Shown: positions 25,112 through 35,404 of the stretch, piece by piece
Layout of the letters: the number at the start of each line of letters is the position of its first letter
Numbering within the stretch: position 1 is the stretch's first letter
Assembly: GCF_902713615.1 (NCBI RefSeq)
Contig: NC_052175.1
Coordinates: 7,643,941 to 7,707,940 of the forward strand
Reading direction: 5' to 3'
Length of the DNA stretch: 64,000 nt
From: Scyliorhinus canicula
Lineage: Eukaryota
Made by a program: the position numbers and the translations under genes
Notes under the pieces: model-generated
The model's input: the letters and a program-made list of their open reading frames with translations, nothing else
The model's database searches: none
Told to the model about the DNA's origin: nothing

Positions 25112-25451
25112 GTATTGCATCTCAGGCAGTTTTGTCCCAGCCTCCAGCGATTCAGAGGCTCTCGCTTGGAAGCACCTTCAAGGCTCATTGCCACACGGGT
25201 TGGTTGGCATCGCGGAGCGGCCCACTGGTATAATCGGCAGTATAGCGAGCATCTGCAACTAGTTCATATCGTCACAAAGCACAACTCTCCAAACGGTAGA
25301 TTTTCTGGAGACGTTAACGACAAATTGACTCTCTATTCTCTGATCATTGCGGGGGTGCAGGCTAATGATTCGGGAGCGTATTACTGTGCAGATAAGGTCT
25401 TCGGTGGGATGCCATTCAAGGTTGGCAACGGTTCCCAATTGGTCATCACAG
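25112..25451 (+). CDS. VJ-type V-set Ig domain exon containing a frameshift
   Basis: Acceptor ctctcacAG| and donor ACAG|GTACAA. First Cys at 25189-91 lies in one frame. Trp 25226-28, RFSG, DSGAYYC (Cys 25385-87) and the J-like VGNGSQLVIT (25421-25450) lie in the next frame. Confidence 0.88.
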
Positions 25452-25542
25452 GTACAAATTACGAATATTTTAGAAATTGTTTCAAAATTAAGTGGCAATT
25501 TATGCCCAATAGTGATTGAATCTTATCCGTCTAACACGCCAG

Positions 25543-25845
25543 GATCTCCAATGATTTACCTCTTAGGCCCGCCCCTGTCTGAAATCCCCTTTATGGAAAG
25601 GGTCCCATTGGTCTGTTTGGTGAAGAGTGTGGACCCAGAATCATTTTCCGTCCGCTGGAATGTTTCAGGGCGGCTTTCCGAAGGCGAGACCGACGCTGGG
25701 ACAATCGATCCGGACGGAACCTATGCAATCAGGAGTTCCATTATTCTCGCGGCGGAATCTTGGAGCAGTGGAGCTCTATGTACCTGCGCCGTTCACATAA
25801 ACTCCAGTCAATACCTTCTCAGTGGAAGTGTCTCATTGGAGAGAG
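25543..25845 (+). CDS. C1-set Ig constant domain exon
   Basis: Acceptor cgccAG| and donor AGAG|GTATCA; 303 nt, open, phase 1-1. C1 hallmarks: PMIYLLGPP, LVCLV (Cys 25614), VRW (Trp 25656), DGTY, W-x-x-G, C-x-V-H (Cys 25785). Confidence 0.9.
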
Positions 25846-26609
25846 GTATCAATTAGCATTTCTTCCTGTACTTAATGAGTGGGTTGTTTGTCAGCAGCAT
25901 GTGTTTTGACATTTACACTGCACCTTGTTTCCATGTATCGTTATCCGGCCACTGACCCTCTTTCAATATCACACGATCAGTGTTTAGCTTTCTGAATGTC
26001 TAATATATCTGTCCATTCGGATTCAAGCGTACACAGCGGGACATAATGCATTTTCACATGACAATTACAAAACCAAAACCTATTTCTTTGCTACTGCTTT
26101 CTCGTTCCATTGTGTTCTTTTCTTATTTGTCATCCATAAATTTTCCAGGTCCTTACGCCCTCTCCTACGTGCTGATGTTCATGTTCCACATTTCTGCCGT
26201 CTCTCAACCCAGCTTCGATTCACCTCACCAAAATATATTTCCATTCCTGTCTCCCTCCCTTGAGTTTCGCATGAAATGCATCTCTACCATTGGCCTTAAC
26301 CACTTGTTGTGGTAGTTAATTCCACCTTCTACCCATTCGCTGGTAAAATCACGTTCTCCAGAATTCACGATTGGTGATATTAGGGAATGGTTCCAATATT
26401 ATTGATGGTTCCGAGTTCTGGTCTCCACTGTGTTAAATTCAAACAGTGTTCTCTTCATCTGCTCTCACAATCCGCTTCAAGACCTTAGCAGCATCTGTTA
26501 GATCACGTTTCAGTCTTCTCCTTTCTAAAATAAGGAGGTCCACTCTGTTCACGTTTCCACAGTCCCTCTATTTCCAACTTTTGAAATTCATTTACGGAAT
26601 ACGGTTTAG

Positions 26610-27812
26610 CCAGTGTTTATTGCCCATCCCTAGTTGGCCTTCAGAAGGTGGTGGTGAGTTGTCTTCTTGGATAGCTGCTGTCCTTGAGGTTCAGGAGCAA
26701 CAAAAGTGCTGTTCCGAGGAAGTTCCAGGATGTTGCCCCAGCGACATGAAGGAGCGGCCATATATTTCCACGTCAGGGTGGTGACTGACTTGGACGGGAA
26801 GCTCCAGGTGATGGGGTACCTTGGTATCGTCTGCCCCTGTCCGTCCAGATGGTAGTGACCGTCGGTTTGGAAGGACGTGTCTGAGGGTCCTTGGTGAGTT
26901 ACTGCAGTGCATCTTGTAGAAAGTACACACGGCTGCAACTGTTCGTCAGTCGTGGAGGGTTTCACTGTTTCTGGAATGGGGAGCAATCAAGCGGATTGCT
27001 TTGTCCTGGATGGTGCATAGCGTCTTGAGTGTTTTTGGAGCTGCACTCATCCAGTAAAGTGGAGAGTATTGTATTGCACTCCTGAATTATGTGTTTTAGA
27101 TGGTGGACAGGTTTCATGAAGTCAGGAGGTGAGTTACTCGCCGTAGGATTCCTAGCCTTTGACCTGCCCTTGTAGCGACAATATTAATGTGGCTAGTCCA
27201 GTTCAATTTCTCAGCAATGGTTAATTGTGAGGTAATAAACGGTGGTGTTGTCATTGAATGTCAACGAGCGGTGGTTAGATCCTCTGTTGTAGGAGCTGGC
27301 CATTGCTTGGCACTTGTCTGGCGAGAATATAACTTGCCACTTGTCAGCTCAAACCTGGATATTGTGCAGGCCTTGTTGATTTTGGACATGAACTGCTTAA
27401 ATATCTGAGGAGTCGCGAATGGTGCTGAAAATTTTGCACTCACCCACTACCCTGAAGAACTTCTGCAGTAATTTCCTGCAGTGAGGTCAGGAGCTGAATA
27501 ACCCTCCCGGAACCCAAACTGAGCGTCCTTGAGCAGGTTATCGCAGAGTAACTGCTGCTTGATAGCACTGTTGATGGCTACTTCCGTTACTTCTCTGACG
27601 ATGTAGGGCAGACTGATAGGGCGTTAATTGACGGGGTTGCATTTGCCCTATTTCTTATGTACAGGACACATCTGGGCACTTTTCGACATTGCCGGGCAGA
27701 TGCCAGTGTTGTTACCGCACTGCAGCAGCTTGGCTAGGTGTGCAGCAAGTTCTGGAGCACAAGTCTTCAGTACGATTATCGGGATATTGGCAGAGCCGTT
27801 GCAGTATCCTGT
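26610..27812 (-). mobile_element. Non-LTR retrotransposon fragment (L2/CR1 superfamily), decayed and internally deleted
   Basis: Minus frame VLKTCAPELAAHLAKL...AQMCPVHKK (RT N-terminal region); 3' tail complement TTTATTGCCCATCCCTA. Confidence 0.7.
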
Positions 27813-27944
27813 GTGAAATGAAAAAAATGAAAATCGCTTATTGTCAGAAGTAGGCTTCAAATGAAGTTACTGTAAAAAGCCCCCAGTCGCCACATTCCTG
27901 CGCCTGTTCGGGGAGGCTCTTTTCCCTGCGTTTTCAAGTCACTA

Positions 27945-28290
27945 GGGGCAGCAGGGTAGCATGGTGGTTGGCATAAATGCTTCACAGCTCCAGGGTCCCA
28001 GGTTCGATTCCCGGCTGGGTCACTGTCTGTGTGGAGTCAGCACGTCCTCCCCCTGTGTGCGTGGGTTTCGTCCGGGTGCTCCGGTTTCCTCCCACAGTCC
28101 AAAGATGTGCGGGTTAGGTGGATTGGCCATGCTAAATTGCCCGTAGTGTCCTAATAGAAAGTAAGGTTGGGGGGGGGGGGTTGTTGGGTTAGGCGTATAG
28201 GGTGGATACGTGGATTTGAGTAGGGTGATCATTGCTCGGCACAACATTGAGGGCCGAAGGGCCTGTTCTGTGCTGTACTGTTCTATATTC
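27945..28290 (+). mobile_element. HE1/V-SINE-type SINE (tail type A)
   Basis: Complete head, core and tail. Confidence 0.92.
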
Positions 28291-28570
28291 TAATGTCGAT
28301 TCGCTTATCTATTCATTTTTCAGCCGTGTTTTTTGAAACAAATGATTTCGTGATGTTTGCGATGTTGACAAGAGTGACATTGCTTGTGATCTCTAGATTT
28401 TCTGTGTCCGTAGTTCTGGACCTTTGCTGTTTTTAATTGAAAAAAGTTCTGAGTCACGATTTTCCTTCTCAAATGTATTATTTTCCTCCGCTGCAGATTC
28501 TCCATTACCAGAACACCTGCATTGTATTTATTTGTGGGCGTTTGTCTTCTGCGGTTCTATTTGGTTCAAG

Positions 28571-28918
28571 GGGCAGCACGGTAGCATTGTGGATAGCACA
28601 ATCGCTTCACAGCTCCAGGGTCCCAGGTTCGATTCCGGCTTGGGTCACTGTCTGTGTGGAGTCTGCAAATCCTCCCCGTGTGCGCATGGGTTTCCTCCGG
28701 GTGCTCCGGTTTCCTCCCACAGTCCAAAGATGTGCAGGTTAGGTGGATTGGCCATGATAAATTGCCCTTAGTGTCCAAAATTGCACTTAGTATTGGGTGG
28801 GGTTACTGGGTTATGGGGATAGGGTGGAGGTGTTAACCTTGGGTAGGGCGCTCTTTCCAGGAGCCGGTGCAGACTCGATGGGCCGAATGGCCTCCAATGG
28901 CACTGTAAAATTCTATGA
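28571..28918 (+). mobile_element. HE1/V-SINE-type SINE (tail type B)
   Basis: Complete copy. Confidence 0.92.
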
Positions 28919-29417
28919 AAAAAAATTTAAAAAATTCTATGAAAATTCCTTCTGAATTTCTTTCTGGTGTCCGGGAGAATGATCTGCACGAACCGGCAGT
29001 CAGGTATCGTTTATCAGGAGTCATTGAAACCCCGCGGGTCTCTCAATCCGTTGATCTATTACTGAATTATTTATACTTTCAGGCGGTTCAGTATGACATG
29101 GGCTATTTTTTCTCAGTTAAAAGTCCTCTTTCTGACAGGCAATATGAACAATGATGAAGAAGTGAGACATTCCGGAGCACGTGCAGAAGAAAAGGTGGTA
29201 AATATGAATAGAATTGTACCTGAGCATTTGTAAATAGGTTTCACATATTTTCAATTTAAGTTTGAAGAATGATACTTGCTGTGAAATGAGCACGTGCGGC
29301 TTTGCATGGTGAATGCTGTCACAAAGCACCGCAAACATTTCCAAAACAATGCCCAATCAATTACTCACTGAGAAAGGGCGTCACAATGAAGTGTCAAAAC
29401 TCAGATAGAAAAAAGAA

Positions 29418-29591
29418 ATGAAAACCGCTTATTGTCACGAGTAGGCTTCAATTAAGTTACTGTGAAAAGCCCCTAGTCGCCACATTCCGGCGCCTGTCCG
29501 GGGAGGCTGGTGCGGGAATCGAACCGTGCTGCTGGCCTGCATCGTCTGCTTTAAAAGCCTGCGATTTAGCCTAGTGAGCTAAACCAGCCCC
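29418..29591 (-). mobile_element. Short tRNA-derived SINE (partial second copy at about 27816-27915)
   Basis: Minus strand begins GGGGCTGGTTTAGCTCAC and has a B-box-like GGTTCGATTCC. Confidence 0.75.
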
Positions 29592-29593
29592 AA

Positions 29594-30690
29594 TAGAAGA
29601 ACAAAGAAAATTACAGAACAGGAACAAGCCCTTCGGCCCTCCCAGCATGCGCCGATCCAGATCCTTAACCTGTCTCCTATTTTCCAATATCTACTTCCCT
29701 CTGTTGCCGCCCGTTCATATACCTGTCTAGATTCCTCTTAAATGACGCTATAGAATTATAGAACAGTACAGCACAGAACAGGCCCTTCGGCCCTCGATGT
29801 TGTGCCGAACAATGATCACCCTACTTAAACCCACGTAACCCGTATACCCGTAACCCAACAAACCACCCATTAACCTTACACTATGGGCAATTTAGCATGG
29901 CCAATCCACCTACCCCGCACATCCTTGGACTGTGGGAGAAAACCGGAGCACCCGGAGGAAACCCACGCACACAGGGGGAGGACGTGCAGACTCCACACAG
30001 ACAGTGACCCAGCCGGGAATCGAACCTGGGACCCTGGAGCTGTGAAGCATTGATGCTAACCACCATGCTACCGTGAGGCCCCTATCGTGCCCGCCTCTAC
30101 CACCTCCGCTCGTAAAGAGTTCCAGCCACCCACCACCCTCTGCATAAAAAACTTTCCACGCACATCTCCCTTAAACTTTCCCCCTCTCACCTTGAAATCG
30201 TGACCCCTTGTAACTGACACCCCCACTCGTGGAAACAGCTTGTTGCTATCCACCCTGTCCATACCTCTCATAATTTTGTATACCTCAATCTGGTCCCCCT
30301 CAACCTCCGTCTTTCCAACGAAAACAATCTTAATCTACTCAACCTTTCTTCATAGGAAGCACCCTCCATACCTGGCAACATCCTGCTCGACCTCCTCTGC
30401 ACCCTCTCCAAAGCATCCACACCCTTCTGGTAATGTGGCGACCAGAACTGCACGCAGTATTCCAAATGTGGCCTAACCAAAGTCCTATACAACTGTAACA
30501 TGACCTGCCGACTCTTGTACTCAATACCCCGTCCGATGAAGGCAAGCATGCTGTATGCCTTCTTGACCACTCTATCAACCTGCGTTGCCACCTTCAGGGG
30601 ACAATCGACCTGAACTCCCAGATCTCTCTGTACATCAATTTTCCCCGGGACCCTTCCATTGAGCATATAGTCCTCTCTTGAATTTGATGT
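29594..30690 (-). mobile_element. CR1 3' fragment with a type-A SINE inserted at 29751-30081
   Basis: RT C-terminal ORF 30268-30666; LINE sequence continues on both sides of the SINE, with CTAT repeated at the two junctions. Confidence 0.9.
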
Positions 30691-31404
30691 TTGAGAGTTT
30701 GAGAGTTTTATGTTGTCTTAAGGAGATTAAGCATTGTGGAAGGGAAGTTGTTCGATGGAGTTAAGATGCAATTCAGAAATTATCTACCTGATTGATGGGA
30801 AATGCTCAAAGTGTTGAATTCCCTCACCTGTCGCTCCGATGATGCTCTAGCTCATGTTAACGGTGTCTGGTTTATGTTACAGACTCTTCATGCCCAGCTG
30901 GAGTTTAATGCGGATCCCTACTCTAATGACCATGGGAATTGAGAGCTGATCTTTGCTTCCAGGATATGACTTAGTTTAGAATGTTTCCTCTGTTTGTCGT
31001 CATCGGAAGAAAGCCTGGATACTTGAGTCTGCCGACGAGACTGCCATCTCTAATGTCATCCCCGATTGAATGCACATTTTGCATTCATGATAAATAATAC
31101 AAAATGCCGATTCGTCACCGCCAGGAGAGTCTTCGGGCAAAACACAACCTGTTCCCTGTCAAGGGCACGTTTACATGCGGAACTGTTAGCTCACTGCTCA
31201 GTATTGACAGGTTATATTTACCCTTCTTGTTTCAATGTTTTTAAGTTTGATGTGCATGTTGATGTCGTCCTAGAACGGCAAAAAAGTGTATCCAATTTCA
31301 CAATTGATTAAAAGCTTTCAACTCTAATCATTGTGTGTGCAAGTTCAAATTGCTTGATTCCTCAGTCCAATGTGGTCAGTGAATCTGGAATGTCAGGGTA
31401 CAAA

Positions 31405-33972
31405 AAAAAGAACAAAGAAAATTACAGCACGGGAACAGGCCCATCGGCCCTCTCAGCCTGCGACGATCCAGATCCTTTATCTAAACCTGTCTCCTTTTTT
31501 CCAAGGTCGACTTCCCTCTGTTCCCGCCCGTTCATATACCCGTCTAGATGCCTGCTAAATGATGCAATCGTGCCCACGTCTACGACCTCCGCTGGTAAAG
31601 CGTTCCAGGCACCCACCACCCACTGCGTAAATAACTTTCCACGCACATCTCCCTTAAACTTTGCCCCTCTCACTTTGAAATCGTGACCTCGTGTAACTGA
31701 CACCCCCACACTAGGAGAAAGCTTGTTGCTATCCACCCTGTCCATACCTCTCATAACTTTGTATACCTCAATCAGGTCCCCCCTCAACCTCCGTCTTTCC
31801 AATGAAAACAATCCTAATCTACTCACTCTTTCTTCATAGCTAGCACCCTCCATACCAGGCAACATCCTGGTGAACCTCCTCAGCACCCTCTCCAAAGCAT
31901 CCACATCCTTCTGGTGATGTGGCGACCAGAACTGCACGCAGTATTCCAAATCTGGCCCAACCAAAGTCCTATGCAACTGTAACATGACCTGCCGACTCTT
32001 GTGCTTAATACACCGTCCGATGAAGGCAAGCATGCTGTATGCCTTCTTGACCACTCTATCAACCTGCGTTGCCACCTTCAGGGTAAAATGGACATGAACT
32101 CCCAGATCTCTCTGTACATCAATTTTCCCCAAGACCATATAGTCCGCTCTTGAATTTGATCTTCCAAAATACATCACCTCGCATTTGCCTGGAATGAACT
32201 CCATCTGCCATTTATCTGCCCAACTCTCCAATCTATCTATATTTTCTTGTATTTTCTGACAGTCCTCCTCGCTTTCTGCAACTACACCAATCTTTGTATC
32301 ATCTGCAAACTTGCTAATCAGACCACCTATACCTTCCTCCAGGTCATTTATGTAGATCACAAATAACAGTGGTCCGAGCACGGATCCCTGTGGAACACCA
32401 CGAGTCACCCGTCTCCATTTTAACACACTCCCTTCCATCACTACTCTCTATCTCCTGTTACCCATTCATTTCTTTTTCCATCCAGCTTGTACACCCTGAA
32501 CCCCATACGACTTTACTTTTTCCATCAACCTGCCATTGGAAACATTATCAAACGCCTTACTAAAGCCCATGTATTTGACATCTACAGCCCTTCCCACATC
32601 AATTAACTTTGTCACTTCTTCAAAGAATTCTATTATGTTTGTAAGGCATGACGTTCCCTGCACAAAGCCATGCTGCCTATCACTGATAAATCTATTTTCT
32701 TCCATATGTGAATATATCCTATCCCTCAGTATTTTCTCCAACAGTTTGCTTACCACTGACGTCAAGCTCACAGGTCTATCTTTAATTCCCTGGATTTTCG
32801 CTGCTACCCTTCTGAAACAAAGGGACAACATTATCAATTCTCCAGTCCTCCGGGACATCACCCATGCTCAAGGATGCTGTAAAGATATCTGTTAAGGCCC
32901 CAGCTATTTCGACCCTCGCTTCCCTCAGTAACCTGGGATAGATCCCATCGGGTCCTGGGGACTTGTCAACCTGAATGTCTTTTAGAATATCCAAAATTTC
33001 CCCCTTCCGTATGACAACTTGACCGAGACTATTTAAACATCCATTCCTAGCCTCAACATCCGTCTTGTCCCTCTCCTTTGTGAATACCGATGTAAAGTAC
33101 TCATTAAGAATCTCACCCATTTCCTCAGAGTCCACGCATAAATTCCCTCTTTTGTCTTTGAGTGGGCCAATCCTTTCTCTAGTTACCCTCTTGCTCCTTA
33201 CATACGAATAAAAGGCTTTGGGTTCTTTCTTAACCCTGTCAGCCAAAGATATTTCATGACCCCTTTTAGTCCTCTTTATTGCGCTTTGAGATTCGTCCTA
33301 CTTTCCCGATGTTCCTCCGAAGCTTCATCAGTTTTGAGTTGCCTCGATCTTATGAATGCTTCCTTTTTCATCTTATCTAGTCTCACAATTTCACCCGTCA
33401 TCCATGGTTCCCTAATCTTGCCATTTCTATCTCTCATTTTCACAGGAACATGTCTGTCCTGCACTCTAATCAACCTTTCCTTAAAAGACTTCCACATTTC
33501 AAATGTGGATTTACCCTTAAACAGCTGCTCCCAATCCACATTCCCTAACTCCTGCCGAATTTTGTTATGCTCTGCCTTTCCCCAATTTTGCACTCTTCCT
33601 TTCGGACCACTCTTGTCCTTGTCCATGAGTATTCTAAAACTTACGGAATTGTGATCGCTATTCCCAAAGTAATCACCGACTGAAACATCAACCACCTGAC
33701 CGGGATCATTCCCCAATACCAGGTCAAGTATGGCCAACTTCCGAGTTGGACTATTTACATACTGCCTAAAAAAACTCTCGTGGATGCTCCTTACAAACTC
33801 TGCTCCATCTACATCTCCAACACTACACGAATCCCATTCAATGTTGGGGAAGTTAAAATCTCCCATCACAACCACCCTATTGCTCCGAAATTTTTCTATA
33901 ATCTGTCTGCATATATGTACCTCTACGTCATGCTCGCTTTTGGGAGGCCTGTAGTAAAGTCCCAACAATATT
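31405..33972 (-). mobile_element. CR1 LINE ORF2 (EN to 3' tail), frameshifted
   Basis: ORFs 33276-33968 (YYRPP, GDFN, SDHN) and 31422-32441 (QGSVLGP, KFADD). Confidence 0.93.
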
Positions 33973-35079
33973 ATTGCACCCTTCCGGTTTCAAAGAGGGG
34001 TTAAGAAAATATAATTAGCAGTGAAAGACTATGGCATCAGGTAAAATTGAACAGGTGGGAGCTCTGTTCCGCAGCGAATGTAATACTTGAGGAATGGCTG
34101 AAGAAACGTTGAAGAATTATGAAATGATTCAACATGATAGACGCATAGAACGTGTCTCCACTTGAGGTTAGAGACAAGTACGATAGGCCATGATTTATTC
34201 CCGAAGAAATCAAAGGGGGGTTCAGGGGAACTTCTTTCCACAGAGGGCGTGTGGAATGTTGAAGTTGAGACCGCAGGGCGTGATTGAGCAGAATATCAGA
34301 TATGCATTTCAGGGGCAGTTAGATAACACAGGCGGAGCCTGGACCATCACAGTTGAGTGGTTAATCGGAGAACATGTTCTTTTGATGTGAAAGGGTGTGC
34401 GTGTGGTGTCGATTCGAAACACTACACCGGGGCAGACAAGCCAAATGGCCTGATCCTGCCCAGAAAGTAATTTTATACTTTGTAAAGCAGAAAGTTTATC
34501 CTTGGCAATGTGAATGATTTTGACCAGGAACAGACATTGCTCTTCACAACAAAATAACTAAATACATATGTAAGTGAAATTCAAAAGACCGTTAATTGAG
34601 ATGGTGACACATTTCCCTAAAAGGTCGATATTACAAACTTAATTGGAAGCTTGACACCGTTGCATTTTAACAGCCAAAACTCCACTAATTCTTCAATTTG
34701 TTCAGTCATTGGTTGTGTATGTCACTGGCTAGGCATGCATTTATTGCCCATTCATTATTGCCATTGAACGCATTGGCATGTCAGACAATTTTGCAAAATG
34801 GGCTTCCACAACAGTGTCGTCTAATTATCCATTTACATTTTAATTCCAGATTTTTCGTTTCATTTAAATTATAACATATGCTGTGGTAGGATTGAAAACG
34901 GGCCACCATAGTATTCCCCCACAAAATGGAGTACATCCCTTCCCCAATGGTATTCGTGGCGAGAGTGATCCAGCATATCACTCCACTCTGGGAAACGGCT
35001 TCCTGACATCACCCAGAAACGGCCTGGCTGCATTTTGAAAGTCTGCCTCCTTGATACGCATTCCCTACTCTGCCTCGAT

Positions 35080-35404
35080 CATAGAACATAGAACATACAG
35101 TGCAGAAGGAAGTCATTCGGCTCACCGTGCTCGCACCACCCCACTTAAGCCCACACTTCCATCCTATACCCATAACCCAATAACTCATCCTAATCTTTTT
35201 GCACACGGAGGGCAATTTAGCGTGGCCAATCCACCTATCCTGCACGTCTTTGGACTGTGGGAGGAAAGCAGAGGACCCGGAAGAAACCCACGCAGACACG
35301 GGGAGAACGTGCAGACCCGGCACACAGTGACCCAGCAGGGAATCGAATCTGGAAATCTGGCGTTGTGAAGCCACAGTGCTACACACGTGTATTACCGTCC
35401 TGCC
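35080..35404 (-). mobile_element. V-SINE-type SINE
   Basis: V core and (TAGAACA)n tail. Confidence 0.82.

Larger units (their letters stand above)
24217..25845 (+). pseudogene. Non-rearranging (germline-joined) leader-VJ-C1 antigen-receptor-like IgSF gene; frameshifted in the V exon; 3' exons not located
   Basis: Three exons joined by phase-1 GT-AG introns (24260-25111 and 25452-25542). The spliced, frame-corrected product is MSLLMPLALLHFFPGIAS/QAVLSQPP...AHC...AAHWY...RFSG...DSGAYYC...VGNGSQLVIT-GSPMIYLLGPP...LVCLV...VRW...DGTY...CTCAVH...SLER. The V exon is 340 nt (3n+1). Pseudogene versus sequencing error cannot be resolved here. Confidence 0.8.

Noticed and set aside
25112-25451. Somatically rearranged or retrotransposed TCR/Ig transcript
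   Set aside because: Leader and VJ-C introns are present, so it is not a processed copy. No RSS, D or J segments are seen nearby.
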